DNA of 59,446 nucleotides from Lachnospiraceae bacterium (GCA_017444675.1 JAFSWD010000170.1:1-59446); one strand, 5' to 3'; positions 28,037-37,796 are shown, numbered from the stretch's first letter. The notes: a model not told the origin generated them from the sequence alone. Numbers and translations: made by a program.

Positions 28037-28048
28037 TTGTGATATTAT
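28020..28048 (+). promoter_or_regulatory. Sigma-A promoter (extended -10) for ylxM-ffh, overlapping the preceding terminator
   Basis: TTGACA (28020-28025), 17-nt spacer ending TGa, TATTAT (28043-28048). Confidence 0.55.
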
Positions 28049-28121
28049 AACACGGCTGTAAGGGTGGCAAGTAAATTACTTTACAGTCTTCAAATGTAAA
28101 CGTATCATAAAGAGCAGAAAA

Positions 28122-28466
28122 ATGGAACATCTTGAGAAAGCCTATGAGCTGTCCATCCTATTTGATTTTTACGGTGACCTGCTCAGCGAAAGAAAAAAGC
28201 ATATATTTAACGATTACATCCTAAACGATCTTTCTCTGGCGGAAGTGGCCGAGAACGAAGGGATTTCCAGACAGGGCGTTTTCGATGCGATCAAAAACTG
28301 CGAAAAAAGTCTTTTGACCTATGAAAATGCGTTACATCTTGCAGAAAAATACAAAACAGCATCAAGGATCTGTGATGAGATAGCTTCTATCGCCGAAAGC
28401 ATTGAAGGGGATAAGGGCAAAAGGATCACGGAATTAATACAAGAGATCAGGAAAAATGGCATTTGA
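28122..28466 (+). CDS. ylxM: YlxM/UPF0122 putative helix-turn-helix protein
   Basis: 114 aa. LFDFYGDLLSERKKHIF...LSLAEVAENEGISRQGVFDAIK (sigma-70 region-4-like HTH). Conserved position overlapping ffh. Confidence 0.85.
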   Translation: MEHLEKAYELSILFDFYGDLLSERKKHIFNDYILNDLSLAEVAENEGISRQGVFDAIKNCEKSLLTYENALHLAEKYKTASRICDEIASIAESIEGDKGKRITELIQEIRKNGI

Positions 28467-29817
28467 ATCATTATCCGAAAAACTTCAAAATGTATTTAAG
28501 GGACTTCGCGGAAAAGGACGACTTTCGGAAAACGATGTAAAAGCTGCTATGAAAGAGATCAAAATGGCTCTTTTGGAAGCAGATGTAAACTTTAAGGTCG
28601 TTAAAAGCTTTGTGGCAAGCGTTTCTGAAAGAGCTGTCGGCGAGGATGTACTTAATTCCCTTACACCCGGACAGACGGTGGTAAAGATAGTAAATGAAGA
28701 ACTCATAAACCTTATGGGTTCCGAAAACGCCGAGCTCAAGTTCCTTCCCGCAAATGAGATTACATCCGTAATGATGTGCGGTCTTCAGGGTGCAGGTAAA
28801 ACCACAACAGCGGCTAAGCTTGCAGCCATATATAAGAACAAAGGCAAAAAGCCCTTACTTGTTGCCTGTGACGTTTATCGTCCCGCAGCCATCGAACAGT
28901 TAAAGGTAAACGGTGAAAAGGTGGGAGTTCCTGTCTTTGAAATGGGAACGGAAAAGAAGCCTATAGAGATTGTTGACGCAGCCTTTAAATATGCATCGGA
29001 AAACAAATTGAACTTTGTTATCATAGATACAGCCGGTCGTTTACAGGTGGATGAAGCCATGATGAACGAATTGGTGGAGATAACCGAAAAGTATCCCATT
29101 ACAAATTCGCTTCTTACCGTAGATGCCATGACAGGTCAGGATGCGGTCAACGTGGCCGAAACCTTTAATGAAAAGCTTCCTTTGACCGGTGTCATCCTCA
29201 CAAAGCTGGATGGCGATACTAGAGGCGGTGCGGCCCTTTCCGTAAAAGCCGTTACCGGACTTCCCGTTATCTTTGCGGGCATGGGAGAAAAGGTGGAAGA
29301 TCTGGAGCCTTTCCATCCCGACAGAATGGCCAACAGGATCCTGGGCATGGGAGACGTTCTTTCTCTTATCGAAAAAGCTCAGGCTGCGGTTGATGAAGAG
29401 AAAGCCAAGGAAATGGCCAGAAAGTTTAAGAAAGCCGAGTTCGACTACAACGACTATCTTGAACAGATCAAGCAGATGAAAAAAATGGGCGGTATCAAAA
29501 GCATCATGGGCATGCTTCCCGGAATGGGAGCGCTTAAAAATGCTGAACTGGACGATGATATGTTTAAACCTGTTGTAGCTATCATAAATTCCATGACGGC
29601 AGAAGAAAGATCCAATCCCAAGATCATGAACCCTTCCAGAAAAAGAAGGATAGCCAAGGGAGCGGGAGTTGATGTGGCCGAAGTCAACAGACTTGTAAAA
29701 CAGGTTGAAGGACAGAAGCAGATGATGAAACAGCTTAAAGGAATGATGGGCAATAAGCACGGCAAAATGCCTATGATGCCCGGCGGTTTCGGCAAAAAGG
29801 GCGGTTTTCCGTTTTAG
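28456..29817 (+). CDS. ffh: Signal recognition particle protein Ffh
   Basis: GLQGAGKTTT, DTAGR, TKLDGD GTPase motifs. Met-rich M domain at the C-terminus. Confidence 0.97.
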   Translation: MAFESLSEKLQNVFKGLRGKGRLSENDVKAAMKEIKMALLEADVNFKVVKSFVASVSERAVGEDVLNSLTPGQTVVKIVNEELINLMGSENAELKFLPANEITSVMMCGLQGAGKTTTAAKLAAIYKNKGKKPLLVACDVYRPAAIEQLKVNGEKVGVPVFEMGTEKKPIEIVDAAFKYASENKLNFVIIDTAGRLQVDEAMMNELVEITEKYPITNSLLTVDAMTGQDAVNVAETFNEKLPLTGVILTKLDGDTRGGAALSVKAVTGLPVIFAGMGEKVEDLEPFHPDRMANRILGMGDVLSLIEKAQAAVDEEKAKEMARKFKKAEFDYNDYLEQIKQMKKMGGIKSIMGMLPGMGALKNAELDDDMFKPVVAIINSMTAEERSNPKIMNPSRKRRIAKGAGVDVAEVNRLVKQVEGQKQMMKQLKGMMGNKHGKMPMMPGGFGKKGGFPF

Positions 29818-29890
29818 TACAGTATGCAATATCAATAAGGATATTCATAAATAAATTTATTAATCAATATATTTTACGGAGGAAATTACC

Positions 29891-30133
29891 ATGGTTAAGA
29901 TCAGACTTAGGAGAGTCGGAGAAAAGAAGAATCCTTTCTACAGAATCGTAGTTGCAGACGAGAGAGCACCTCGTAACGGCCGTTTCATCGCTGAGATCGG
30001 TACTTATGATCCTACAAAGGAGCCCGCAGCATTCAACGTAGACGCAGATGCTGCAAAGCAGTGGATCTCCAACGGAGCACAGCCCACTCAGACAGTTGCT
30101 AACCTTTTCAAGAAGGCAGGAATTAACAAATAA
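29891..30133 (+). CDS. rpsP: 30S ribosomal protein S16 (bS16)
   Basis: [24 protein letters not shown]-terminus, GGAGG RBS. Confidence 0.97.
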   Translation: MVKIRLRRVGEKKNPFYRIVVADERAPRNGRFIAEIGTYDPTKEPAAFNVDADAAKQWISNGAQPTQTVANLFKKAGINK

Positions 30134-30163
30134 TTTGTTTCGATCAGCGGGAGGGTTGGCATC

Positions 30164-30397
30164 ATGATGAGAGAGCTTGTTGAAACCATTGCCAAGGCAT
30201 TGGTTGACAATCCCTCTGAGGTTGTTGTAACCGAAGAGGACACCGAAAAAGCGCTGGTTGTTTCCCTTAAGGTAGCTGAATCCGATATGGGTAAAGTTAT
30301 CGGAAAGCAGGGACGCATCGCAAAGTCCATTCGTACAGTGGTTAAGGCCGCTTCTGCGAAGGATGACAAAAAGGTGATTGTAGAAATTTTACAGTAA
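30164..30397 (+). CDS. khpA: KH-domain RNA-binding protein (YlqC/KhpA family)
   Basis: 77 aa. [21 protein letters not shown] motif. Conserved position between rpsP and rimM. Confidence 0.85.
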   Translation: MMRELVETIAKALVDNPSEVVVTEEDTEKALVVSLKVAESDMGKVIGKQGRIAKSIRTVVKAASAKDDKKVIVEILQ

Positions 30398-30404
30398 GAC
30401 TTTC

Positions 30405-30433
30405 GGCGCATGTTTATTCTTTAAGCATGCGCC
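30405..30433 (+). other. Stable hairpin between khpA and rimM (no U-tract)
   Basis: Perfect 8-bp GC-rich stem GGCGCATG (30405-30412) / CATGCGCC (30426-30433) with a 13-nt loop. It sequesters the ATG at 30427. Confidence 0.4.
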
Positions 30434-30468
30434 GTTCTTGCAATAAGAGCAGGAAGAAGGAGAAGACT

Positions 30469-30993
30469 TTGGCAAACAAAGACGAAATGCTGAGAGTCGG
30501 TGTGATATCAAACACACACGGCATAAGGGGTGAAGTGAAGGTTTATCCCACCACCGAAGATCTTAAGAGATTCGACAGCCTTAAGCAGGTTTTTCTGGAT
30601 ACGGGAAAAGAGCTTAAGGAACTTGAAGTGGAAGGCGTAAAATACTTTAAGAATCTTGCCATTTTAAAGTTTAAAGGCATAGATTCCATAAACGATGTGG
30701 AACGCTGGAAACAGCTGGATCTTCTTGTAACACGTGAAAATGCCATTCCTCTTAATGAAGGGGAATATTATATATATGACCTTATAGGGCTTGAAGTCTT
30801 TGATGAGGAAAAGCCCGAAACACCTGTGGGAAAGCTTACAGAGGTGCTTCAGACCGCATCAAATGATGTTTATCTGGCTAAAACCAAAAACGGTAAGGAA
30901 ATACTTATCCCTGCCATTAAAGATTGCAATATCAGGGTTTCCCTTGAAGAAAAGAAGATAACTGTACATTTTCTTCCCGGGATCCTTGATTAA
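30469..30993 (+). CDS. rimM: 16S rRNA processing protein RimM (start uncertain: TTG 30469 or ATG 30487)
   Basis: [19 protein letters not shown]-terminal PRC-barrel family sequence. AAGGAG lies 6 nt upstream of TTG 30469. The ORF-track ATG 30427 sits inside the hairpin stem and has no RBS. Confidence 0.85.
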   Translation: MANKDEMLRVGVISNTHGIRGEVKVYPTTEDLKRFDSLKQVFLDTGKELKELEVEGVKYFKNLAILKFKGIDSINDVERWKQLDLLVTRENAIPLNEGEYYIYDLIGLEVFDEEKPETPVGKLTEVLQTASNDVYLAKTKNGKEILIPAIKDCNIRVSLEEKKITVHFLPGILD

Positions 30994-31005
30994 AAACGAG
31001 GGCCT

Positions 31006-31683
31006 ATGAATTTTTATGTTATGACTCTCTTTCCCGATATGATCGATTCCTGTATGAATGAGAGCATCATCGGAAGAGCCGTTGAAAAAGGAATACTTAA
31101 TATATCTGCTGTAAATATCCGGGATTTCACTCTGGATAAACATCGTAAAGTGGATGATTATCCCTATGGCGGCGGGGCAGGTATGCTTATGGCCGCAGAT
31201 CCTGTGGTAAGGACCTGGGAGCACATCTGTTCCGGACTGAAGAAACAGCCTAAGACCATATATCTTACTCCCTGGGGTAAGAAATTCGATCAGAACGCAG
31301 CAAAAGAACTGGCAAAGGAAGAAGATCTTATTTTTATCTGCGGTCACTATGAAGGAATTGATGAAAGAGCTTTAGAGATCATCAAGCCGGATTTTTATAC
31401 CATCGGAGATTATGTCCTTACAGGCGGAGAACTGCCTGCCATGGTAATGATGGATACGATTTCCAGGCTTGTTCCGGGAGTTCTTAACAATGAGGATTCT
31501 GCCATTTATGAAAGCTTTAACGAAAATCTTCTGGAGCATCCCCAATACACACGTCCCGAAGAATACAGAGGAATGAAGGTCCCGGAGGTTTTGCTTTCCG
31601 GTCATCATGCGAATGTGGAAAAGTGGAAAAAGGAACAATCCCTTGAAAGGACAAAGAAATACAGGCCGGATCTTTTGGGATGA
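31006..31683 (+). CDS. trmD: tRNA (guanine37-N1)-methyltransferase
   Basis: [44 protein letters not shown]. Confidence 0.96.
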   Translation: MNFYVMTLFPDMIDSCMNESIIGRAVEKGILNISAVNIRDFTLDKHRKVDDYPYGGGAGMLMAADPVVRTWEHICSGLKKQPKTIYLTPWGKKFDQNAAKELAKEEDLIFICGHYEGIDERALEIIKPDFYTIGDYVLTGGELPAMVMMDTISRLVPGVLNNEDSAIYESFNENLLEHPQYTRPEEYRGMKVPEVLLSGHHANVEKWKKEQSLERTKKYRPDLLG

Positions 31684-31709
31684 AGGTTTAAGATTTTTTA
31701 AAAATGTAC

Positions 31710-31738
31710 TTGCAATTTGTACAATTCGGTATTATAAT
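31710..31738 (+). promoter_or_regulatory. Sigma-A promoter for rplS
   Basis: TTGCAA (31710-31715), 17 nt, TATAAT (31733-31738). This leaves a ~70-nt leader before the rplS start. Confidence 0.6.
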
Positions 31739-31813
31739 ATCTCGGCATGAAAAAGTCGGTCCGCTGTCAGATGCACTGAGTAAGAACGGCTTAATATAAA
31801 AGGAGGTCGTAAA

Positions 31814-32161
31814 ATGAACGACATTATCAGAGAGATCGAAGCAGCTCAGTTAAAAGAAGAGAAGCCTTCTTTCAACGTAGGCGATACTGTAAAGGTATAC
31901 GCTAAGGTAAGGGAAGGAAACCGTGTAAGAACACAGATCTTCGAGGGAACAGTGCTTAAGAAGCAGCACGCAGGGATCAGAGAGACTTTCACAGTAAGAA
32001 AGAGCTCAAACGGTATCGGCGTAGAGAAGACTTGGCCCCTCAATGCTCCCAGCGTTGAGAAGGTTGAAGTTATCAGAGCAGGTAAGGCTAGACGTGCTAA
32101 GCTTAACTACCTTCGTGACAGAAAAGGTAAGAGCGCTAAGATTAAGGAAGTTATTAAATAA
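31814..32161 (+). CDS. rplS: 50S ribosomal protein L19 (bL19)
   Basis: [42 protein letters not shown]...GVEKTWPLN. Confidence 0.97.
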   Translation: MNDIIREIEAAQLKEEKPSFNVGDTVKVYAKVREGNRVRTQIFEGTVLKKQHAGIRETFTVRKSSNGIGVEKTWPLNAPSVEKVEVIRAGKARRAKLNYLRDRKGKSAKIKEVIK

Positions 32162-32179
32162 TAACAAACCGACATTTAA

Positions 32180-32206
32180 GGGACAGGCTGTTGCCTGTCC
32201 TTTTTC
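32180..32206 (+). terminator. Intrinsic terminator after rplS
   Basis: 8-bp stem GGACAGGC (32181-32188) / GCCTGTCC (32193-32200), loop TGTT, then TTTTT. Confidence 0.85.
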
Positions 32207-32247
32207 CTTATTTACAAAAACAGGCTAATCAATTAAAATTAATTATT

Positions 32248-32832
32248 ATGGCATACGAGTATCTTTATGAAAAACCTTCAAAAATAAAGAAGTTTATAAA
32301 AAAGATCGCACTGTTGATCCTTGAAACCGCCGCAGTGATATTTGCCGCTTGGCTCATCATCACCTATGCGCTTTCAAAAACCGTCATGGTAGGTGATTCC
32401 ATGTCAGGAACTTTAAACGACGGTGATGTTATTTTAATTAATAAATTTTCTTATACAAAAAATGATCCCCGCAGAAATGACGTTATCGTTTTTAACCAGG
32501 GTTCCAATGAACATTCATACAACAATGTGAAACGTGTCATCGGAATTCCCGGAGACACAGTGGAGATAAAAAACGGAAGGGTTTACGTTAACGGCGAGAA
32601 ATTTGAAGAAGCTGTGGAAACCGATGAAATGAGGATCTCCGGACTTGCGGACAATCCTTTTGTTCTGGGGGAAAACGAGTTTTTTGTTCTTGGAGACAAC
32701 AGAAATTCATCGGAGGATTCCAGATTTTCAAATATCGGTCCGGTGGTAAGGGAAGATATAATAGGTGAAGCTTTTTTCAGGCTTTCCCCGTCTCCGGCAC
32801 TTATTAAAAAGATCAATACAAAACAGAGGTAA
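32248..32832 (+). CDS. lepB: Signal peptidase I
   Basis: N-terminal TM, catalytic Ser box VGDSMSGTL, Lys box KRVIGIPGD, GDNRNSSEDSR. ATG 32248 is chosen because the ORF-track start at 32191 overlaps the rplS terminator. Confidence 0.88.
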   Translation: MAYEYLYEKPSKIKKFIKKIALLILETAAVIFAAWLIITYALSKTVMVGDSMSGTLNDGDVILINKFSYTKNDPRRNDVIVFNQGSNEHSYNNVKRVIGIPGDTVEIKNGRVYVNGEKFEEAVETDEMRISGLADNPFVLGENEFFVLGDNRNSSEDSRFSNIGPVVREDIIGEAFFRLSPSPALIKKINTKQR

Positions 32833-32834
32833 AC

Positions 32835-33695
32835 ATGGAATATCAATGGTATCCCGGACATATGTCCAAAGCAAAAAGAGAAATAAAAGACAGTTTAAAA
32901 CTTGTGGACGTGATCATAGAGCTTATTGATGCCAGGATCCCTTATTCATCAAAAAATCCCGACATAGATGAGCTGGCGGCCAACAAACCCAGAGTCCTTC
33001 TCTTAAATAAAGCGGATATGGCAGATGACAAAAGAACTGCCGAATTTAAGGAATATTACGAGAAAAAAGGATATTTTGTTCTTGTTACCAATGCAAGAAA
33101 CGGTAACCTTAAGCCGGTAATGAACGTTGTACGTGAGGCCTGTAAGGAAAAGATCGAAAGGGATAAAGCAAGAGGCATGATAAATCGTCCCATAAGAGCT
33201 ATGATCCTGGGTATCCCCAACGTGGGAAAATCCACTTTTATCAATTCTTATGCCAAAAAGGCATGTACCAAGACCGGAGATAAGCCCGGAGTCACTACGG
33301 GCAAGCAGTGGATCAGGCTTTCAAAAGAACTGGAGCTTTTGGATACTCCCGGCATATTATGGCCCAAATTTGAAGATAAAGCTGTGGGACTTCATATAGC
33401 TATGATAGGCTCCATCAATGAAAATCTTCTTGATTCCAATGAACTGGCATTAAAACTTTTGGAATTCCTTGTAAAGGAATATCCGGGAGCGGTAAATGCC
33501 CGTTACGGAGTGGAAGAAAAGGAAGACAGCCTGCAGCTTTTATATGATATATGTTTTAAAAAGGCATGTATGAAAAAAGGCGGAGAACCCGATACAGACC
33601 GTATGGCTTTTACCGTAACAGACGATTTCAGAGGCGGCAGGTTCGGTAAGATCAGCTTGGAGAAGGTCAGCGACTATATTAAACGGGAAGATTAA
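32835..33695 (+). CDS. rbgA: Ribosome biogenesis GTPase A (YlqF/RbgA)
   Basis: Circularly permuted GTPase: LNKADM (G4) precedes GIPNVGKST (G1) and DTPG (G3). N-terminal WYPGHM. Confidence 0.92.
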   Translation: MEYQWYPGHMSKAKREIKDSLKLVDVIIELIDARIPYSSKNPDIDELAANKPRVLLLNKADMADDKRTAEFKEYYEKKGYFVLVTNARNGNLKPVMNVVREACKEKIERDKARGMINRPIRAMILGIPNVGKSTFINSYAKKACTKTGDKPGVTTGKQWIRLSKELELLDTPGILWPKFEDKAVGLHIAMIGSINENLLDSNELALKLLEFLVKEYPGAVNARYGVEEKEDSLQLLYDICFKKACMKKGGEPDTDRMAFTVTDDFRGGRFGKISLEKVSDYIKRED

Positions 33696-33696
33696 A

Positions 33697-34452
33697 ATGG
33701 AAAGCATATCGGATATCAGAGCAAAAGCAAAAGCTCTTTCACCGGAAGATACGGATGAGTTTATCAAAGCCTACGGAAGTGACACCAGAGCAGGCGTTAT
33801 TAAGATGATCGAAGACCTGGAAAAAAAGAAGGATAAATACCTTAAAGAGCTGCAACGCATCGAAAACATGTTGATATATGAAAACAAGTATTTTGACATG
33901 GCATACATATGCGGTATCGACGAGGTGGGAAGAGGCCCTCTTGCAGGCCCTGTAGTAGCAGGAGCAGTTATCCTTCCCAAGGGCTTAAAGATCCTCTATG
34001 TAAATGATTCAAAAAAGCTTACGGCCAAACAAAGAGAAGAACTGAGTGAGGAGATTATGGAAAAGGCGGTTTCTTACGGCATAGGTTTTGTTTCAAATGA
34101 AAGGATAGATGAGATAAACATCCTTCAGGCAACTTATGAAGCCATGAGAAAAGCTGTTTCCATGCTTGATCCCGTACCTGATCTTCTTCTTAACGATGCG
34201 GTTAAGATACCGGGAATAGATATAAGGCAGGTGCCTATCATAAAAGGTGATGCAAAAAGTCTTTCCATCGCCTCAGCCAGTATCATAGCCAAAGTTACAA
34301 GAGACAGATATATGGAACATATATCCGAAAAATATCCCGAATATGACTTTGCTTCCAACAAAGGTTACGGAAGTGCGGCTCACATAGAAGCCCTTAAAAA
34401 ATACGGACCCTGTGAGATCCACAGACGTTCATTTATCGGTAATTTTGTTTGA
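33697..34452 (+). CDS. rnhB: Ribonuclease HII
   Basis: GIDEVGRGPLAGPVV, DSKKL, ASIIAKVTRD motifs. Confidence 0.95.
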   Translation: MESISDIRAKAKALSPEDTDEFIKAYGSDTRAGVIKMIEDLEKKKDKYLKELQRIENMLIYENKYFDMAYICGIDEVGRGPLAGPVVAGAVILPKGLKILYVNDSKKLTAKQREELSEEIMEKAVSYGIGFVSNERIDEINILQATYEAMRKAVSMLDPVPDLLLNDAVKIPGIDIRQVPIIKGDAKSLSIASASIIAKVTRDRYMEHISEKYPEYDFASNKGYGSAAHIEALKKYGPCEIHRRSFIGNFV

Positions 34453-34491
34453 TCCGGCTAAAAAAATATTAATTACGGATCCGGTATTTAT

Positions 34492-34785
34492 ATGATGGAT
34501 AAGAAAGACGAAAAACAGAAAACTGCCGTGGCTCTGGAATATGTTCCGGGAGAAACCGCTCCCCAGATCATAGCCTCAGGTAAAGGGTATGTGGCGGAAA
34601 AGATCATTGAAACCGCCAAAGAAAAGGAAGTTCCCATTCACAAAGATGAAAAGCTTGCAGGCACACTGTCAAAGCTTGATATCGGAGACTATATCCCGGA
34701 GGAACTTTACGGAGTAGTTGCCGAAGTCCTTGTAATGGTTGACAGAGCCGAGAACAAGGTGCCGACTTTCGGAAAGAAGAGGTAG
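34492..34785 (+). CDS. ylqH: FlhB C-terminal-domain-like small protein (YlqH/EscU-YscU-HrcU family)
   Basis: 97 aa. ALEYVPGETAPQIIASGKGYVAEKIIETAKEKEVPIHKDEKLA resembles the cytoplasmic FlhB_C fold. Same position as B. subtilis ylqH downstream of rnhB. Confidence 0.75.
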   Translation: MMDKKDEKQKTAVALEYVPGETAPQIIASGKGYVAEKIIETAKEKEVPIHKDEKLAGTLSKLDIGDYIPEELYGVVAEVLVMVDRAENKVPTFGKKR

Positions 34786-34786
34786 G

Positions 34787-35146
34787 ATGAACAACAGGGA
34801 TAAGGGCAGAATAGGTGAAGATTTGGCTGTCTCAAGGATACTTAAAGACGGCGGAAGGATAGTTGACAGGAATTTTTATTTTAAAGGCGGAGAGATCGAT
34901 ATTATAGCCGCAGAAAAATGGTTGGGTGAAGAATATCTCTGTTTTATTGAAGTTAAGATGCGGGAAAATACAGCAAACGGTTATCCCGAGGAGGCTGTCG
35001 ACCGTGCAAAGCAAAAGAAACTTATAAAAGGCGCCATGACCTATTTAAAATACAGAGGACTGTCCTTTGAACGGCCTATGAGATTTGATGTGATATCTAT
35101 CCTGGGCGAAGAGGTAAAATGGATCAAAAATGCATTCACAGCGTAA
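34787..35146 (+). CDS. yraN: YraN/UPF0102 family endonuclease-like protein
   Basis: ATG 34787 lies 1 nt after the ylqH stop. GRIGEDLAVSRILKDGGRIVDRNF...GEIDIIA...FIEVK is the YraN signature. Confidence 0.85.
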   Translation: MNNRDKGRIGEDLAVSRILKDGGRIVDRNFYFKGGEIDIIAAEKWLGEEYLCFIEVKMRENTANGYPEEAVDRAKQKKLIKGAMTYLKYRGLSFERPMRFDVISILGEEVKWIKNAFTA

Positions 35147-36449
35147 AAAACAGATAATAAAAAGCATAGTGGAAGGCTCTATTGCCGAAGAAATGGAAAT
35201 AGAACCCGGGGATGAACTGATCTCCATAAACGGTAAAGAAGTCATTGATGTCTTTGACTTCGAATTTTTGTGCGCAAATGAAGGACTTACGGTGGTCATA
35301 AAAAAGCCTGACGGAGAAGAATGGGAACTGGATATAGAGAAGGATCCTTCCGAAGAACTGGGACTTGTTTTTGAAGACGGCATTATGGATGATTATTCCA
35401 GCTGCCGTAATAAGTGTATATTCTGCTTCATAGATCAAAATCCTCCGGGTATGAGAGATACGATCTATTTTAAAGATGATGATACAAGACTTTCCTTCCT
35501 TTCCGGAAGCTATGTAACATTAACAAACATGACAGATGCGGATATAGACCGACTTATATCCTACAACCTTTCTCCGATAAACGTTTCGGTACATACCACA
35601 AATCCCGAACTGAGATGCAGGATGCTTCACAACCGTTTCGCAAGTACGGTAATGGACCATATGACCAGGCTTTATCAGGCAGGCATAGATATGAACGGCC
35701 AGATAGTGCTTTGTAAGGGATGGAACGACAAAGAGGAACTGGATAGGACCATAAACGATCTGTCCATGTATATAGGGCACATGAAAAGCTTATCCGTGGT
35801 ACCTGTGGGCATCACCAAGTACAGGAGTAAGCTTACACCTCTTGAACCCTTTAATAAAGAGGATTCTATTGCTGTCGTAAAGCAGATAGAGAGATATCAG
35901 AATAAGTTTAAGGCAGCCTTCGGCACAAGATTTGTTTATGCCAGTGACGAATGGTATCTAAAGGCAGAGCTGCCCATACCCGAAGCGGAAAGCTATGAGG
36001 AATATCCCCAGATAGGTAACGGGGTGGGCATGGTGAGACTCCTGAACTATGAAGTGGACGAGTGCTTAAATGAGCTTGCTGGAGATGACAGAAAGCGCAC
36101 TGTTTCCCTCGCCACAGGAGCCCTTGCTTATCCCATCCTTTGCGATCAGGTGGCCAAGATAAACGAAAAATACCCCAATATAGATGTAAAGGTTTACCGG
36201 ATAATAAACAACTTTTTCGGAGATACAATAACTGTTGCGGGACTGCTTACCGGGCAGGACATCATAGCTCAGCTTAAGGGTAAAGAACTGGGCGAAAAGC
36301 TGTTGCTTCCCTGTGTTCTCTTAAAGACAGGAGAAGATGTATTACTGGATGACATGACCGTCGGAGACATCGAAAAATCTTTACAAATAAAAATTAGTAT
36401 AGTAAAATCTGAAGGTAGCTCTTTAGTGGAGGAAATAATAAATGTCTAA
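35130..36449 (+). CDS. PDZ-domain / radical-SAM DUF512-family protein
   Basis: N-terminal PDZ-like segment (SIAEEMEIEPGDELISINGKEV), CX3CX2C cluster CRNKCIFCF, C-terminal DUF512-like region. Overlaps yraN (17 nt) and der (8 nt). Confidence 0.8.
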   Translation: MHSQRKKQIIKSIVEGSIAEEMEIEPGDELISINGKEVIDVFDFEFLCANEGLTVVIKKPDGEEWELDIEKDPSEELGLVFEDGIMDDYSSCRNKCIFCFIDQNPPGMRDTIYFKDDDTRLSFLSGSYVTLTNMTDADIDRLISYNLSPINVSVHTTNPELRCRMLHNRFASTVMDHMTRLYQAGIDMNGQIVLCKGWNDKEELDRTINDLSMYIGHMKSLSVVPVGITKYRSKLTPLEPFNKEDSIAVVKQIERYQNKFKAAFGTRFVYASDEWYLKAELPIPEAESYEEYPQIGNGVGMVRLLNYEVDECLNELAGDDRKRTVSLATGALAYPILCDQVAKINEKYPNIDVKVYRIINNFFGDTITVAGLLTGQDIIAQLKGKELGEKLLLPCVLLKTGEDVLLDDMTVGDIEKSLQIKISIVKSEGSSLVEEIINV

Positions 36450-37776
36450 ACCCATAATAGCTGTTATTGGGCGTCCCAATGTGGGAAAATCAACGCTTTT
36501 CAATGCGCTGGCAGGTGAAAGGATCTCGATCGTAAAAGACACTCCCGGTGTCACAAGAGACAGGATCTATGCAGATATCACCTGGCTGGACAGGCAGTTT
36601 ACATTAATAGATACAGGCGGAATTGAGCCGGAAAACGGGGATATGATGCTGACTTATATGCGTGAGCAGGCACAGGTAGCCATTGAAACTGCTGACGCAG
36701 TTATTTTCGTTGTGGATGTAAAAACAGGTCTGGTGGATGCGGATTACAATGTGGCAGATATCCTGCGTAAATCCGGAAAATCCGTTATCCTTTGCGTAAA
36801 TAAGGTCGATGATTTCAACAAATTCATGAATGACACCTATGAATTTTATAATCTGGGCATCGGAGATCCAATTCCCGTATCGTCCGTAAACAGACTTGGT
36901 TTCGGCGAACTTTTGGATGCGGTCTGTGAAGCCGTAGGCGACAGGACCAATGAAGAGGAGGAAGACGAAAGACCCAGAGTGGCGATAGTCGGTAAACCCA
37001 ATGTGGGAAAAAGCTCTATCATCAACAAGCTGATAGGCACCGACAGAGTCATCGTTTCCGATATAGCCGGAACCACCAGAGATGCCATTGATACAGTGGT
37101 AAAACATAATGATGAAGAATATGTATTCATCGATACCGCAGGCCTTAGAAAGCACGCAAAGATAAAAGAAGATATCGAGCATTTCATGATGGTCAGAACC
37201 GTTGCAGCCGTTGAAAGAGCTGATGTGGTCGTAGTGGTTATCAATGCCGTGGAGGGTGTTACCGAGCAGGATGCAAAGATCGCCGGTATTGCCCACGATG
37301 CCGGTAAGGGCATCCTGATCGTCGTAAACAAATGGGATGCGGTTGAAGAAAAGGATGATAAGACTATATACAAGATGACGGAAAAGATCAAACAGGTACT
37401 TTCCTTCATTCCTTATGCGGATATCCTTTTCATTTCCGCAAAGACCGGTCAGAGAATGAACAAGCTGTTTGAGCGGATCGATGCGATCATTCAGAATCAG
37501 AATATGAGGATAGGTACAGGCGTTCTTAACGAGATCATGACGCAGGCCGTATCTTTACAGCAGCCGCCTTCGGACAAGGGCAGAAGACTGAAACTCTTCT
37601 ATATCACGCAGGTGGCGGTTAAGCCTCCCGCATTTGTTATCTTTGTAAACGATAAGAAGCTTATGCACTTTTCATATACCAGATATATCGAGAACAAGAT
37701 TCGTGAGGCCTTCGGCTTTGCGGGAACGTCCCTGAAATTTATAATCAGAGAGCGTAATGAGAAAGATAATGTTTAA
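36442..37776 (+). CDS. der: Ribosome-associated GTPase Der/EngA
   Basis: Two tandem G domains (GRPNVGKST...DTGG; GKPNVGKSS...DTAG...NKWD) plus a KH-like C-terminal domain. Confidence 0.96.
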   Translation: MSKPIIAVIGRPNVGKSTLFNALAGERISIVKDTPGVTRDRIYADITWLDRQFTLIDTGGIEPENGDMMLTYMREQAQVAIETADAVIFVVDVKTGLVDADYNVADILRKSGKSVILCVNKVDDFNKFMNDTYEFYNLGIGDPIPVSSVNRLGFGELLDAVCEAVGDRTNEEEEDERPRVAIVGKPNVGKSSIINKLIGTDRVIVSDIAGTTRDAIDTVVKHNDEEYVFIDTAGLRKHAKIKEDIEHFMMVRTVAAVERADVVVVVINAVEGVTEQDAKIAGIAHDAGKGILIVVNKWDAVEEKDDKTIYKMTEKIKQVLSFIPYADILFISAKTGQRMNKLFERIDAIIQNQNMRIGTGVLNEIMTQAVSLQQPPSDKGRRLKLFYITQVAVKPPAFVIFVNDKKLMHFSYTRYIENKIREAFGFAGTSLKFIIRERNEKDNV

Positions 37777-37796
37777 AAAAGCAGAGGGGACTAAAA

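Noticed and set aside
29041-29835. 264-aa minus-strand ORF inside ffh; similar cases at 17819-18565 (alaS), 36604-37296 (der) and 19109-19759 (alaS)
   Set aside because: The same codon-aligned antisense artefact applies. I checked that each shares codon phase with the sense gene it overlaps. None has recognisable domains.
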